DNA of 64,000 bases, from positions 744,001 through 808,000 of the forward strand of contig CP142731.1 in the NCBI GenBank assembly GCA_036630325.1. Reading direction: 5' to 3'. Made by a program: the position numbers and the translations under genes. Below are positions 47,801 through 56,536 of the stretch, one piece after another. The notes beneath the pieces are model-generated. The model did not search any database and had not been told where the DNA came from. It saw nothing but the letters and a program-made list of their open reading frames with translations. Position 1 is the stretch's first letter, and every line of letters starts with the position of its first letter. The stretch comes from Vairimorpha necatrix (Eukaryota).

Positions 47801-48558
47801 CATTTGATTGATAAACATATAGTTAGGAAACATGGTGTACCGAAAGTCATTCTAACTGATAATGGCAAAGAGTTCAAAAATAAAATTTGTGATGAATATG
47901 CAAAGGTTAAGAACTTTATCTGGAAATATGGTTCCCCCTATAAACCTACGACCACGGGGCTTGTAGAGAGATTTAATAGAACAATAGGTTCTAAGTTAAG
48001 GAAAATTACGGAATTTGGGCAATTCGATTGGGCAAGATGCGTTCCTAAGTTGATCAAGGCCTATATGCAGTCTTACCATAGGGCTATAGGCTGCGCTCCA
48101 GTAGAACTTATCACAGGAATGACACTTAATAATATGGACCTTCAGGAAGGGATTAAGACCTTAAAAGAAAAGGAAGAGTATCAGAGACAGGCCATTAAAA
48201 ATTTAGAAGCCTACAGACGTGAATATAACACAAGTGGGAAAGAGAATGCTGATAATAAGGACACCATAAAGGTAGGAGATAGAGTCTGGTACTATTTAAT
48301 TCTCCCTATAAGAGGAAAACTAGAACCTAAATGGGAAGAAAAAGGAGTAGTTGTAGAACAAAAATTTCATTCATTTAAAGTTTTATTGGACAGTGGGAAA
48401 ATAGTTACGGCGAGTCGAAATCATGTTAAACTTTTAAAGGAGGGGTAGTGTAGGAAGTGCTACACGTGTCAAATATATAGTGTACTTGTTTTGATATATT
48501 TGACACCGTGTTTCTTTAAATAATTTAAAATAAATAAACCCATGTTTTTATCCCAACA
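44855..48558 (+). mobile_element. Intact, compact Ty3/gypsy LTR retrotransposon (element 3), 3704 bp
   Basis: 110-bp LTRs 44855-44964 and 48449-48558 (1 mismatch); TSD ATTTA; PBS TGGCGACAACGTCAGG at 44968 (tRNA-Ser-like, inferred); PPT AAAGGAGGGG. Confidence 0.97.
44948..48448 (+). CDS. Gag-Pol polyprotein (CCHC knuckle, PR, RT, RNase H, IN)
   Basis: CFICGKKDHIVSKC; LIDTGA; YMDD; TTDASN; LTDNGKEF; VERFNRT. Confidence 0.97.
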   Translation: MFLSQQFGDNVRNFLIFRNEEKDDPQQFLEDLQDVGRLMEYSESKLVLLFRISLKDEARDWLIAQPIGLSLERLKALFQERFVGPMAMKVSLDKLSALQYHGGSLANYLDKMAGLARKGNVPEGILIAFVLKGIPDYLANAVLINKKNSLSWECIYKALRNVTAMDEVRYTEFLHGGYMNVKATSFRDHDKKNLTPERTFKMKCFICGKKDHIVSKCKFNSFRRNKREAKKGQEKEEGETKKTDSKEFIYNYSVTKLKDNRTTLKKASLNDSEVNFKVLIDTGADINLIRPELLPKKTVVNRSKQQLRAANGSKIKIIGETVINIKIEGMIFEDRFIITRDITIPCIIGQGLLDKYKINLKFGNNKMEIESGYLARGKAIGYHKIITKDDNPILSQLYKLGGAKENIASQIVKEHLKLGIVRPSVSAWRSPIIIVPKKNGDHRLCVDYRRLNDATIRDAYPMPRVEEFINALEGATYFTKLDAESGYHQIDMAPCDIEKTAFACREGLFEFMKMPFGLVNGPATFQRVMNNILREFLFKFVVVYMDDILIYSKTREDHKRDVQMVLEKLKSVGLKLNKDKCEFFKTELKILGHVISKEGIGVDEERVRSIQQLPIPKSKKKLQSLLGLYNYCAKFIKNSHRVVSPLFDIIRLKDEEADCFWKNVEQNAKYRKDIEEVKQAMKRTALLTIPNLRDKFILTTDASNEGCGATLAQIIGGEEKIVSYYSYLHSKTEKNYSATEQELLAVIKSIQHFREYLLLGKFTLKTDHQALKYLFKSGNVKARLARWSLILQEYDFDIVYITGPSNHTDHLSREFKKEEEKVYRINLVQKKIIKKERTLALMRFYHDLLGHGSKQNMKYNIGQKYSWKHMNRDIEDYIENCEVCQKEKPQKKFKDIIPVVANKLGEIWELDMVGPLKESEQGYKYLLTMIDHFSKIAEVVPVYTKDMNTVVHLIDKHIVRKHGVPKVILTDNGKEFKNKICDEYAKVKNFIWKYGSPYKPTTTGLVERFNRTIGSKLRKITEFGQFDWARCVPKLIKAYMQSYHRAIGCAPVELITGMTLNNMDLQEGIKTLKEKEEYQRQAIKNLEAYRREYNTSGKENADNKDTIKVGDRVWYYLILPIRGKLEPKWEEKGVVVEQKFHSFKVLLDSGKIVTASRNHVKLLKEG

Positions 48559-48762
48559 ATTTATATATACACCATTGAATTGTGTGTTTTTTTGACTTTT
48601 TTTTACATGTTTTATAGATATACAAAATTTCAATATAAAATCTAACTAAATTATTCTAAATACATTTTTTTAAAAGCAAATTAAATTCAGACAATATAAA
48701 TACAATATTAAAACATAAATCAATGTACATTTGCAATAAATAACGAGCTTTTATTAAATTTC

Positions 48763-49944
48763 TTATTGAAATCCTATTGGTCTGTTTTTTGTTTCTTTGA
48801 AAAATACTATAACTATCATCAAAAATATCGTCATAACACCACCATAAAGTAAAAATAAAGTATTACCAATCTTATCATGTAAATAAAAACTTAGTATAGA
48901 CAAGAAAAAAGCAGATAACCAATTTGCGCCTATTGATAATCTCATAGCAGGCATAACATATTTAGGCTCAAAAATCTCATTAGTAATAAACCAAGGTATA
49001 GAAGCAATGCCTATATTATAACCAAACATGTATACATAAGTAATAAGAGGAGTCATATCTATGAAATTTATATATAAAGTACAAAAAATAATAATAACCG
49101 TACTAATAATAATAAATTTTTTTCTACCTACTTTGTCTATAAAAAGTGAACTAATAATTGATACAAAAGCTGAAAAAGCGAGCGTAAGCACGCTTTGTAA
49201 TTCAATATTAGAAGATTTATCGAAAATAGCTTCTAAAAAATTAGTAAAAAATTCTATACCACAAGCATGTTGCGAAATATGAAAACATAAAGATAAAAAC
49301 ACAGATTTCCTCGCCTTCTTATTTTTTAGTAGCTCAGTAATCGTAGTATGATCATTTTCACTAGTCACATAAGGACAATTTCTAATAAAACATAAAGCGA
49401 TAGTATGAATTACAATAAAACAAGTAACAGACAAATAAATAAATCTCCAACCATCAGTTCCATAGATATATTGTAACAATTTCCCTAGTACAAGTCCGAA
49501 AACTATACCTATAGAATGAAAAGACATATAAAACCCTCTATTATCATCATTAGTGACACTGAACAGATAATTTGGCACAATACAACAAGAATTACCTGCT
49601 CCTATTCCAATTATAAGTCTAGCACATAGTGAAACACAAATATCTGAAGAAACTAAAGACAACAGACAAGCTATTAAATAAGTTATATTATTTAAAATTA
49701 AAACTGTTTTTCTATCAATACCAGTAAAAATATAATTCAAACAACTAATAAAAAACGCACCTAAGAAAACTGAATAAGCAAACATGTTCTTGTAATTGTC
49801 AAATGAGATAGCGAGATTGTAAGTTGAAAAATTTTCTTCTAATTTTGGGTATAACACTTGTTCAGATGTGAAGAGTAAACCGAAAAGTAAAGAAGAAAAA
49901 GAAGCTGTTGTTGAATATAAAAATGTTTTGATTTGTTCTTTCAT
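48763..49944 (-). CDS. MFS sugar (hexose) transporter
   Basis: About 12 hydrophobic segments; DKVGRK, IPWFITNEIF, ANW and ETK signatures. Confidence 0.9.
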   Translation of the reverse strand: MKEQIKTFLYSTTASFSSLLFGLLFTSEQVLYPKLEENFSTYNLAISFDNYKNMFAYSVFLGAFFISCLNYIFTGIDRKTVLILNNITYLIACLLSLVSSDICVSLCARLIIGIGAGNSCCIVPNYLFSVTNDDNRGFYMSFHSIGIVFGLVLGKLLQYIYGTDGWRFIYLSVTCFIVIHTIALCFIRNCPYVTSENDHTTITELLKNKKARKSVFLSLCFHISQHACGIEFFTNFLEAIFDKSSNIELQSVLTLAFSAFVSIISSLFIDKVGRKKFIIISTVIIIFCTLYINFIDMTPLITYVYMFGYNIGIASIPWFITNEIFEPKYVMPAMRLSIGANWLSAFFLSILSFYLHDKIGNTLFLLYGGVMTIFLMIVIVFFKETKNRPIGFQ

Positions 49945-51048
49945 ATAAAAGGGGTAAATTTTTTTTTTTATTTTTATGAATTAAAAAATTGACGAAATGT
50001 TTTTGTTTAAATAATGATGTCATAAAACGGAGAGAAACAAATAAAAATGATGATTAGATAGGAAATAAATAGAAATATTAATTAAATTTATAGAAAATAA
50101 ATAAAGATATTTTTTAAAATGATGTTGTGTATCAAATTCGGAGTATTGATGGATTTACAAGATAATCAAATTTATATATTTTAATTAAGTTCCTTTTAAT
50201 TAAAAGGTAAAATATTGCCAAATAAATCCTTTTTAGCGTAGTAAGAACAATCAAGAATCCAAAGAGAAATATGTATAAAAAACTCACATTTTGTTTAAGG
50301 CGATTTTTACTTGCAAATTTCTTTTATCACTAAGTTTATTACATCAAAATAAAAATGAAACACTGTTCATTTTACAACTTTTCAAAAAACCTGTCAAATA
50401 TTCAATCAACGTTATTTGACATCTGTCATGCCCAATGTTATTACTAAATGAAACGCCGAGTTAATTGTAAAACGACTTTAAAAATTCAAAGATGTTTTCT
50501 GTGTCAGTAATAAATATGAAAACAAATGTGCGGTCCGATTTAAAATTCTATAATTGAAAGAAATAGTAATACAATCATAAAGCCAGTTAAGATCGGAAAT
50601 GGAGTCGATTTTTAAAATTGTAAAATTTGAAATCAAATATAAGAGACCAATAAAAATTTTAAATTTCTCATTTTTTATAAAATAATTCAACGTATTTTTT
50701 ACAAAAAACACATTTAAGAAATAAAACATTTTTACAAACGAAAGTACAAAATTGATTCATTTCAAGAATCAGTACCTGTAAACCAATAATTATACCTGAT
50801 AAAAATTTATTGATTTACCCACCTCCTTAATTTATATTCGAAAAAAAAATAATACACAAAAAACTTCTAAATATACGTTTTATATCTGTTAATTTATTGT
50901 AAATTCCCGCTTTATCATTTTTTATTCGAATAAATCCAATTACATAAAAAAGGAGGTCTTTTAATCATTAACCCCTTATGATTAATAGTATTTTTATTGG
51001 TATAAAAATTTTTATAAAACTATTTAAACAGAAAAAATTCGTCTAAAT

Positions 51049-51843
51049 ATGTACAAAATATCTTCATTGTTATTCATATTAAAGAATATATCAGCTAATA
51101 CTTGTAGTGTTAGTGAAGAAGACAGAAATAGGTCGTTTTTGTTTGGTAGATCGACTACACAAAAACTACAAGATCAAACATTTAGAGATGATACTTGTCC
51201 TACTGGAGATAGGATTAACGAAGAATTATTGTTAAACAGTACTAAGGAGAATGAATTGGGAGGAATGAAATCGAAGTTGTGCGGTGGTACTGAACCTTCA
51301 CAAGAAGAAAGTGTGAAAAAGGCAAGCCTGATGGGATTTGGAGAATCAAAGAAGTCTGAACTTTTAGGATGTGGCAATGCAGCGCCCGCTTCGGAAGAAG
51401 AGATCAAAAGGGCCAATTTGTGTGGTATTAGTTTTTCAAAAAGCGAAGATGATAAAGAGAAAGCTAAACTTTTAGGAAGTGGAAATACGGCAGCAGCCTC
51501 GGAAGAAGAGAATGTTAGTTCTAAACTTTTGGGAAGCGGAAATACGGCAGCAGCCTCGGAAGAAGAGAATGTTAGTTCTAAACTTTTGGGTAGTGGAAAT
51601 ACTGCTGCAGCCTCGGAAGAAGAGAATGTTAGTTCTAAACTTTTGGGTAGTGGAAATACTGCTGCAGCCTCGGAAGAAGAAATCAAAACTTCCAATTTAT
51701 TCGGAAGTGGCACTACTGCACCTGTATCGGAAGGTGAGAAGACCAAGTCCAGCTTTTGGGGAAGTTTTGTAAGTTCATCAAGTCTATTTGGAAATGACGA
51801 TAAGTCATCAGAAGAAAAAGGTGACTTAAAACCAGGTGAATAA
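51049..51843 (+). CDS. Secreted Ser/Glu/Gly-rich repeat protein
   Basis: Signal-like N-terminus; 19-aa repeats SKLLGSGNTAAASEEENVS. Confidence 0.85.
   Translation: MYKISSLLFILKNISANTCSVSEEDRNRSFLFGRSTTQKLQDQTFRDDTCPTGDRINEELLLNSTKENELGGMKSKLCGGTEPSQEESVKKASLMGFGESKKSELLGCGNAAPASEEEIKRANLCGISFSKSEDDKEKAKLLGSGNTAAASEEENVSSKLLGSGNTAAASEEENVSSKLLGSGNTAAASEEENVSSKLLGSGNTAAASEEEIKTSNLFGSGTTAPVSEGEKTKSSFWGSFVSSSSLFGNDDKSSEEKGDLKPGE
51464..51680 (+). repeat. About 4 x 57-bp coding tandem repeat
   Basis: Repeated CTAAACTTTTGGG..GCAGCCTCGGAAGAAGA. Confidence 0.9.
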
Positions 51844-52469
51844 AAAATGTTAAATATAAATATATTATTTTTCCAATATATAAATGAATTTATTATAAAT
51901 ATATTTTATTTTACTATTTTAATGTGGTATATCCTGCTTATAGGCGATCAGATTTCTCATACGTGTGGTTTTTTATTGCAGTTATGCTGCATTTTTCAAT
52001 ATGTTTGATTTTAATTGTGCTGCATTTGTATAAGTTAATAGTCATTTTCTTATGTATCATGCGATTATAAAAACTATGTATGTTGTTGTATATTTAAGAT
52101 AAGATCTTAATTATTCTTATCTACGAATATATCTCCGATATATTTTAATAAAAGATTTTATTAAAAAACCCAAAGATCTATACCTTTTCAAGCAAATCTA
52201 TAAGAGGAAAATAAGCGCATTAAGTGAGTGTAAAGAAACTATACCTTTTATTTCTCTAAAATGGCATATTGATATTTCATTTTTAGATGGCAAGCTTGAA
52301 TGCCTTTATACCTCCAATCAATTGTATATTTTGGATTTTCCTTCACCCGTGATTAGGATATACAAAATCATAAATAAATTTAATTAGGGCATGCTTAGTA
52401 AAGTTTATACTTCTAATTTAACAAGGATAGGTTACGCGTTAGTGTCTCGTGCTTGTAGGCAGATTCCGG

Positions 52470-52990
52470 CTCTATAGTTCTTCCACATCTTCTTCGGTAG
52501 TCCAGAGAAATGCTCTTTGGCGTGATCATCTGAATGTACGCTCTTAACAATTCTTGTGATATAAGATTTGTGATACTTAGTCAATATACAGTCCCAAGTG
52601 ATTACATAGGGGTTTATTTCTGTAGGATATACATCATTTTGTATAGGTATAATATCTTACTTATTAATTACTTTTCACAAGATACACTCACAACATCTTT
52701 TATTAGTTCCTTCTGAATCTACATGCTATCTCAAATACTTCTTAGTGCCAGGTATCAAGCCCATGTCTGGTTGGCCTAGTTAGGCTTTTTAAGTCAAATT
52801 AACTTTTAACCTATATTTTTCTGTTCTGGGTTGATGCCTAAAAATTATCATTTTCAAAATTAATATATAATTTATTCGGGTATAATATTCGGCTTATTAA
52901 TTACTTTTCACAAGATACGCTTACAGTCTCATCTGGCAGTTCCAGGACTTCCTTCTGAGATTCACTCATTGGGCTCTCGAAGACCCCTAT
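52470..52990 (-). mobile_element. Stacked 3'-end fragments of REL-type non-LTR elements
   Basis: PYVITWDCILTKYHKSYI..AYIQ..SISLDYRR; two copies of the terminal motif also seen at 28921. Confidence 0.65.
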
Positions 52991-53551
52991 CATTTTCGAA
53001 TTTTAACTTATATTTAATATAAAACTTATTTCTTTTTCTGGCTTACAGAATAAAAGTAAGGAAATAAATAATATGTTTCATGTAGAAGTTTATTTTGAAA
53101 TAAAGTTTAGATTTTGCTATAAATAATTTTTAATTATTCTTAAATTTAATAAACTTTACTTTATTTTTCTATTTAAAAAAAAGAAAAGTAAAATATTACG
53201 TATTAATCTCAATAATAACAAAGGGTAAGATATACCATTTCATGAGATTTTAATCATATTAAAAATGGAGAAATAAAGTAGATTGTTACCTGACTATTAT
53301 AGTTAAGATCATATAGAGTTTTATTTGAGCAGTCCTATATCTATCAGACTCTCTATAGACTGCCTTTTATTTGTCGACGATGACGTATTTATTTATATCT
53401 GTGACTAGGCTTATTATCATCAAGATTGCCTTTTAATAATCAAGAAGTCTTACTGAATTACAAGAGACATGAGATCCTTGTCCTGGGAGACTCATCCTTA
53501 AATATTTATATTAGGAAATAGACTTATGAACTTGGAAATATTTCACCCTTA

Positions 53552-55729
53552 ATGGTAAAAAAGAAACAAGTCGGTAGACCGAGAAAAGCAAAGAAAACTT
53601 CAATAGAAAATGACAAGGCAGACTCTGAGGAAATTATAGAAGAAAACAAACAAAATGAAAATAAAGGCAGAACAAACAAGAAGAAAGCAATAAATAAGAA
53701 GAACATGAAGGATAAGATAGATGAATCAAAAGAAAAGAGAACAGAAACAAATGAAGTAAAATCAAAAGAGGAGATCGAAGAGTCAAAAGAAGAAAACGAA
53801 AAAACAAATAAAAAGAATATGAAAGGAAGTTTAAAACAAGCGAGCGCTAAGGCAAAAGACAAGAGCGAAGAATCAAATGAAGTAAAATCAAAAGAAGAGT
53901 CAAACGAAAAAAGGGAAGATATTAACAAAGAAGGCACTGAATCAAAAGAGAAAACCACCGTATCAGAAGAAAAGGAAAGCGACGAAATAGAAGAGGCGAG
54001 TGTCAAGAATATAAAGGATGAAAAACAAAAGAAAGTAAGGAATATTAAAGGCGATTCAAATAGGAAGAAGCCAAAGAATATGAAAGAAGAAATAAAAGAA
54101 AAGAGCGCCGAGTCAAAAGAGAAGAGCACAGAATCAGTTGAGAAAAGCGTAGAATCAAAGAGCGATACCACAAATACAAACGAAGAAGACACTGAGCTGA
54201 AAAACGAGAGCACAGAAACCAGCGAAGAAGAACCAAAAGGCAAAAGCACAGAATCAGAAGGTGAGAGTGATGAGTCAAATGAAGAAGACACAGAATCAGA
54301 AGGCGAGAGCACAGAGTCAAAAGAAAAAAGCACAGAATTAAAGGGCGAGACTACAAAATCAAACGAAGAAGACACAAAATCAGAAGACGAAAGCGATGAG
54401 TCAAATGAAGAAGACACAGAATCAAAAGGCGAGAGCGATGAATTAAAAGAAAGTTCTGGTGGGAAGAACCCTAATGATATTAAAAGAGAATCAAATGAAA
54501 GAAGCACCCAATCACAAGAAGAAAGCGATAAGTCACAAGACGAGGGCAAGGAATCAACAAACGAGGAAAGCTCAGAAACAAATGAGAAAAGCATAGAATC
54601 AAATGAAGAAAAAACAAACGAAAAAAGCACAGAAACAAATGGAGAGAGCACAAATTCAAACAAAGAGACATCTGAGTCAAACGAGAAAAGTAAGGAATCA
54701 AAAGAAGAGACCTCTGAGTCAAATGGGAAAAGCACAGAAACAAAAAGCGAAACAGACGAATCAACAAATACGAGTAAAGACGAGCCTACAAGTGAGAGTA
54801 TAAAAGAATCAAATGATAAGGAAGTAGAGGACACAGACGAAGAAACAAATAGCAAAGAGAAATCAGAAGATAAGAATGTTGAATCAACAAATACTTACAC
54901 AGACGAATCTACAAATACAAGTAAACCCGAAGCAAATGAAACGAGCGATAAATCAACAAATACAAGCAAAGACGAATCTACAAAAGAAGACACAGATGAT
55001 GTAAAAAGACCTCGTCTTGAGACAGAAGATACCAAGGAAATTGATAATAAAAATAAATCTTCAGGTATTCCCGAGCCTCTAAAAGAAGAAGAGAAGTCTT
55101 TCAAGTCCCTTGCCTCAGACGACCCTTTTTATCTGCTAAATAAAAGGAAAGATTGGTTTGACTCAAATAATGGAATTTTCAAGAAGGACACAGTCCCATC
55201 CACCACTAAAGTAGAAAGAGAGGTGTGTGCACTTATCACTTCTGACATTACAGTAAAAGAGAGGAGCGATTTATACAACAAAGACAATGACATCTTCAAA
55301 ATAGACCCGAACTCTGCGCCTAAAAAAGTAGTAAGAAAAGAGTGTGCATTCCTCACTTCTACGTATAAAAAAGAAGAGGAAAAGATAAAAGAAGAAGAGG
55401 AAAAGATTAAAGAAGAAGAGGAAAAAGATCTCGGAGACTTGATTTTCGAGTCAAATTGCACATTGTACACATTCATTAATAAGAAATGGGAGAAGATCGG
55501 CCTTGGGACAGTTTACGCTTATGAGACTGACGAAGTCAGGCTTCTTTTTATAAGAGAGGGGCTTATGACAGTGCCCTTTGATTTCTTTATAAATTTTGAT
55601 ATTAGAGCATACCGAAAAGGAGGGGGAGTGGGCTTTTTGACACCAGGAGGGAAACTTGTGCTTTTAATGTTTCAGGATCCTGAAGAACAAGATGAATTTT
55701 ATGACATTTTACGAAATGAAACCCAATAA
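53552..55729 (+). CDS. E/S/K/T-rich disordered protein with C-terminal RanBP1-like (PH-fold) domain
   Basis: CCCTTA-ATG; C-terminal LIFESNCTLYTF..KWEKIGLGTV..VRLLFIRE. Confidence 0.8.
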   Translation: MVKKKQVGRPRKAKKTSIENDKADSEEIIEENKQNENKGRTNKKKAINKKNMKDKIDESKEKRTETNEVKSKEEIEESKEENEKTNKKNMKGSLKQASAKAKDKSEESNEVKSKEESNEKREDINKEGTESKEKTTVSEEKESDEIEEASVKNIKDEKQKKVRNIKGDSNRKKPKNMKEEIKEKSAESKEKSTESVEKSVESKSDTTNTNEEDTELKNESTETSEEEPKGKSTESEGESDESNEEDTESEGESTESKEKSTELKGETTKSNEEDTKSEDESDESNEEDTESKGESDELKESSGGKNPNDIKRESNERSTQSQEESDKSQDEGKESTNEESSETNEKSIESNEEKTNEKSTETNGESTNSNKETSESNEKSKESKEETSESNGKSTETKSETDESTNTSKDEPTSESIKESNDKEVEDTDEETNSKEKSEDKNVESTNTYTDESTNTSKPEANETSDKSTNTSKDESTKEDTDDVKRPRLETEDTKEIDNKNKSSGIPEPLKEEEKSFKSLASDDPFYLLNKRKDWFDSNNGIFKKDTVPSTTKVEREVCALITSDITVKERSDLYNKDNDIFKIDPNSAPKKVVRKECAFLTSTYKKEEEKIKEEEEKIKEEEEKDLGDLIFESNCTLYTFINKKWEKIGLGTVYAYETDEVRLLFIREGLMTVPFDFFINFDIRAYRKGGGVGFLTPGGKLVLLMFQDPEEQDEFYDILRNETQ

Positions 55730-55855
55730 AATATAGTAGTATAAACCATATATAATATTATATTTTTAAAACCTTTTTTTCTTTTTAATATTGGCCTCTT
55801 TTTGTTCTTCTTTTTCTTTTCTCTCTCGCTTTTCCTACGTGGATTATCCCCGTTT

Positions 55856-56182
55856 ATGAAATTTACTAAAATCAAAGATTTAAAAACTTCCATGAAAAAT
55901 GTAAATGTGGATTTTATAGTCATAAAACTACTAGAGACAAATACTACCAAAGACAACGACAAAGTGTACACATACCTGGTAGCAGACGAAACTGGGTCTA
56001 TTGAGGCGTCAATATGGAATATCTTATTAGAGATAGGAGATCTTATATGTATAGAAGACGCGTATGTATCATTATTTAAAGAAAGAAAACGAATATTCAA
56101 AAGCGGGAATGGAAATATAAGGAGAATAGGAGAAATCAAAAAGCAGTTTAGACTTAGTGAAGAGCATAAGAATTTAATATAA
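55856..56182 (+). CDS. OB-fold ssDNA-binding protein, SOSS-B/SSB1-like
   Basis: CCCCGTTT-ATG at 55856; IKDLK..NVNVDFIVI, LVADETGSIEASIW, IRRIGE. Confidence 0.82.
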   Translation: MKFTKIKDLKTSMKNVNVDFIVIKLLETNTTKDNDKVYTYLVADETGSIEASIWNILLEIGDLICIEDAYVSLFKERKRIFKSGNGNIRRIGEIKKQFRLSEEHKNLI

Positions 56183-56349
56183 AAACAAATAAAGTAAAAT
56201 AATAAATAATATATTAAAACTTGTATTATACATGTCAAATGTATCAAAACGGAAACATGACATATTTGACACACACACCACTTTTTTCAATTTGTAAAGA
56301 ATGTCAATATTGAACGAGATAAGAAAATATCATAATCAATATAAAATTA

Positions 56350-56373
56350 CGCTCCTGGAGAGACTCGAACTCT

Positions 56374-56406
<33 letters not shown>

Positions 56407-56422
56407 ATTGCGCCACAGAAGC
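56350..56422 (-). tRNA. tRNA-Asn(GTT)
   Basis: GCTTCTG..CAGGAGC acceptor stem; anticodon arm TTCGG-CTGTTAA-CCGAA; GTTCGAG T-loop. Confidence 0.96.
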
Positions 56423-56536
56423 TTATGAACTCAAATATTAAACAATATACCAGAAACACATATTGGGCCCTTAAAAATCTAATTGGTTATTCTCCTTAAT
56501 TAAAAAATATAAAAACCAGAAAAATCTAAAACCCTT

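Noticed and set aside
51174-51746. 190-aa antisense ORF and overlapping 97-aa alternative-frame ORF
   Set aside because: By-products of the 57-bp coding repeat
53524-54855. 443-aa minus-strand Ser/Phe-rich ORF
   Set aside because: Antisense shadow of the low-complexity plus-strand gene
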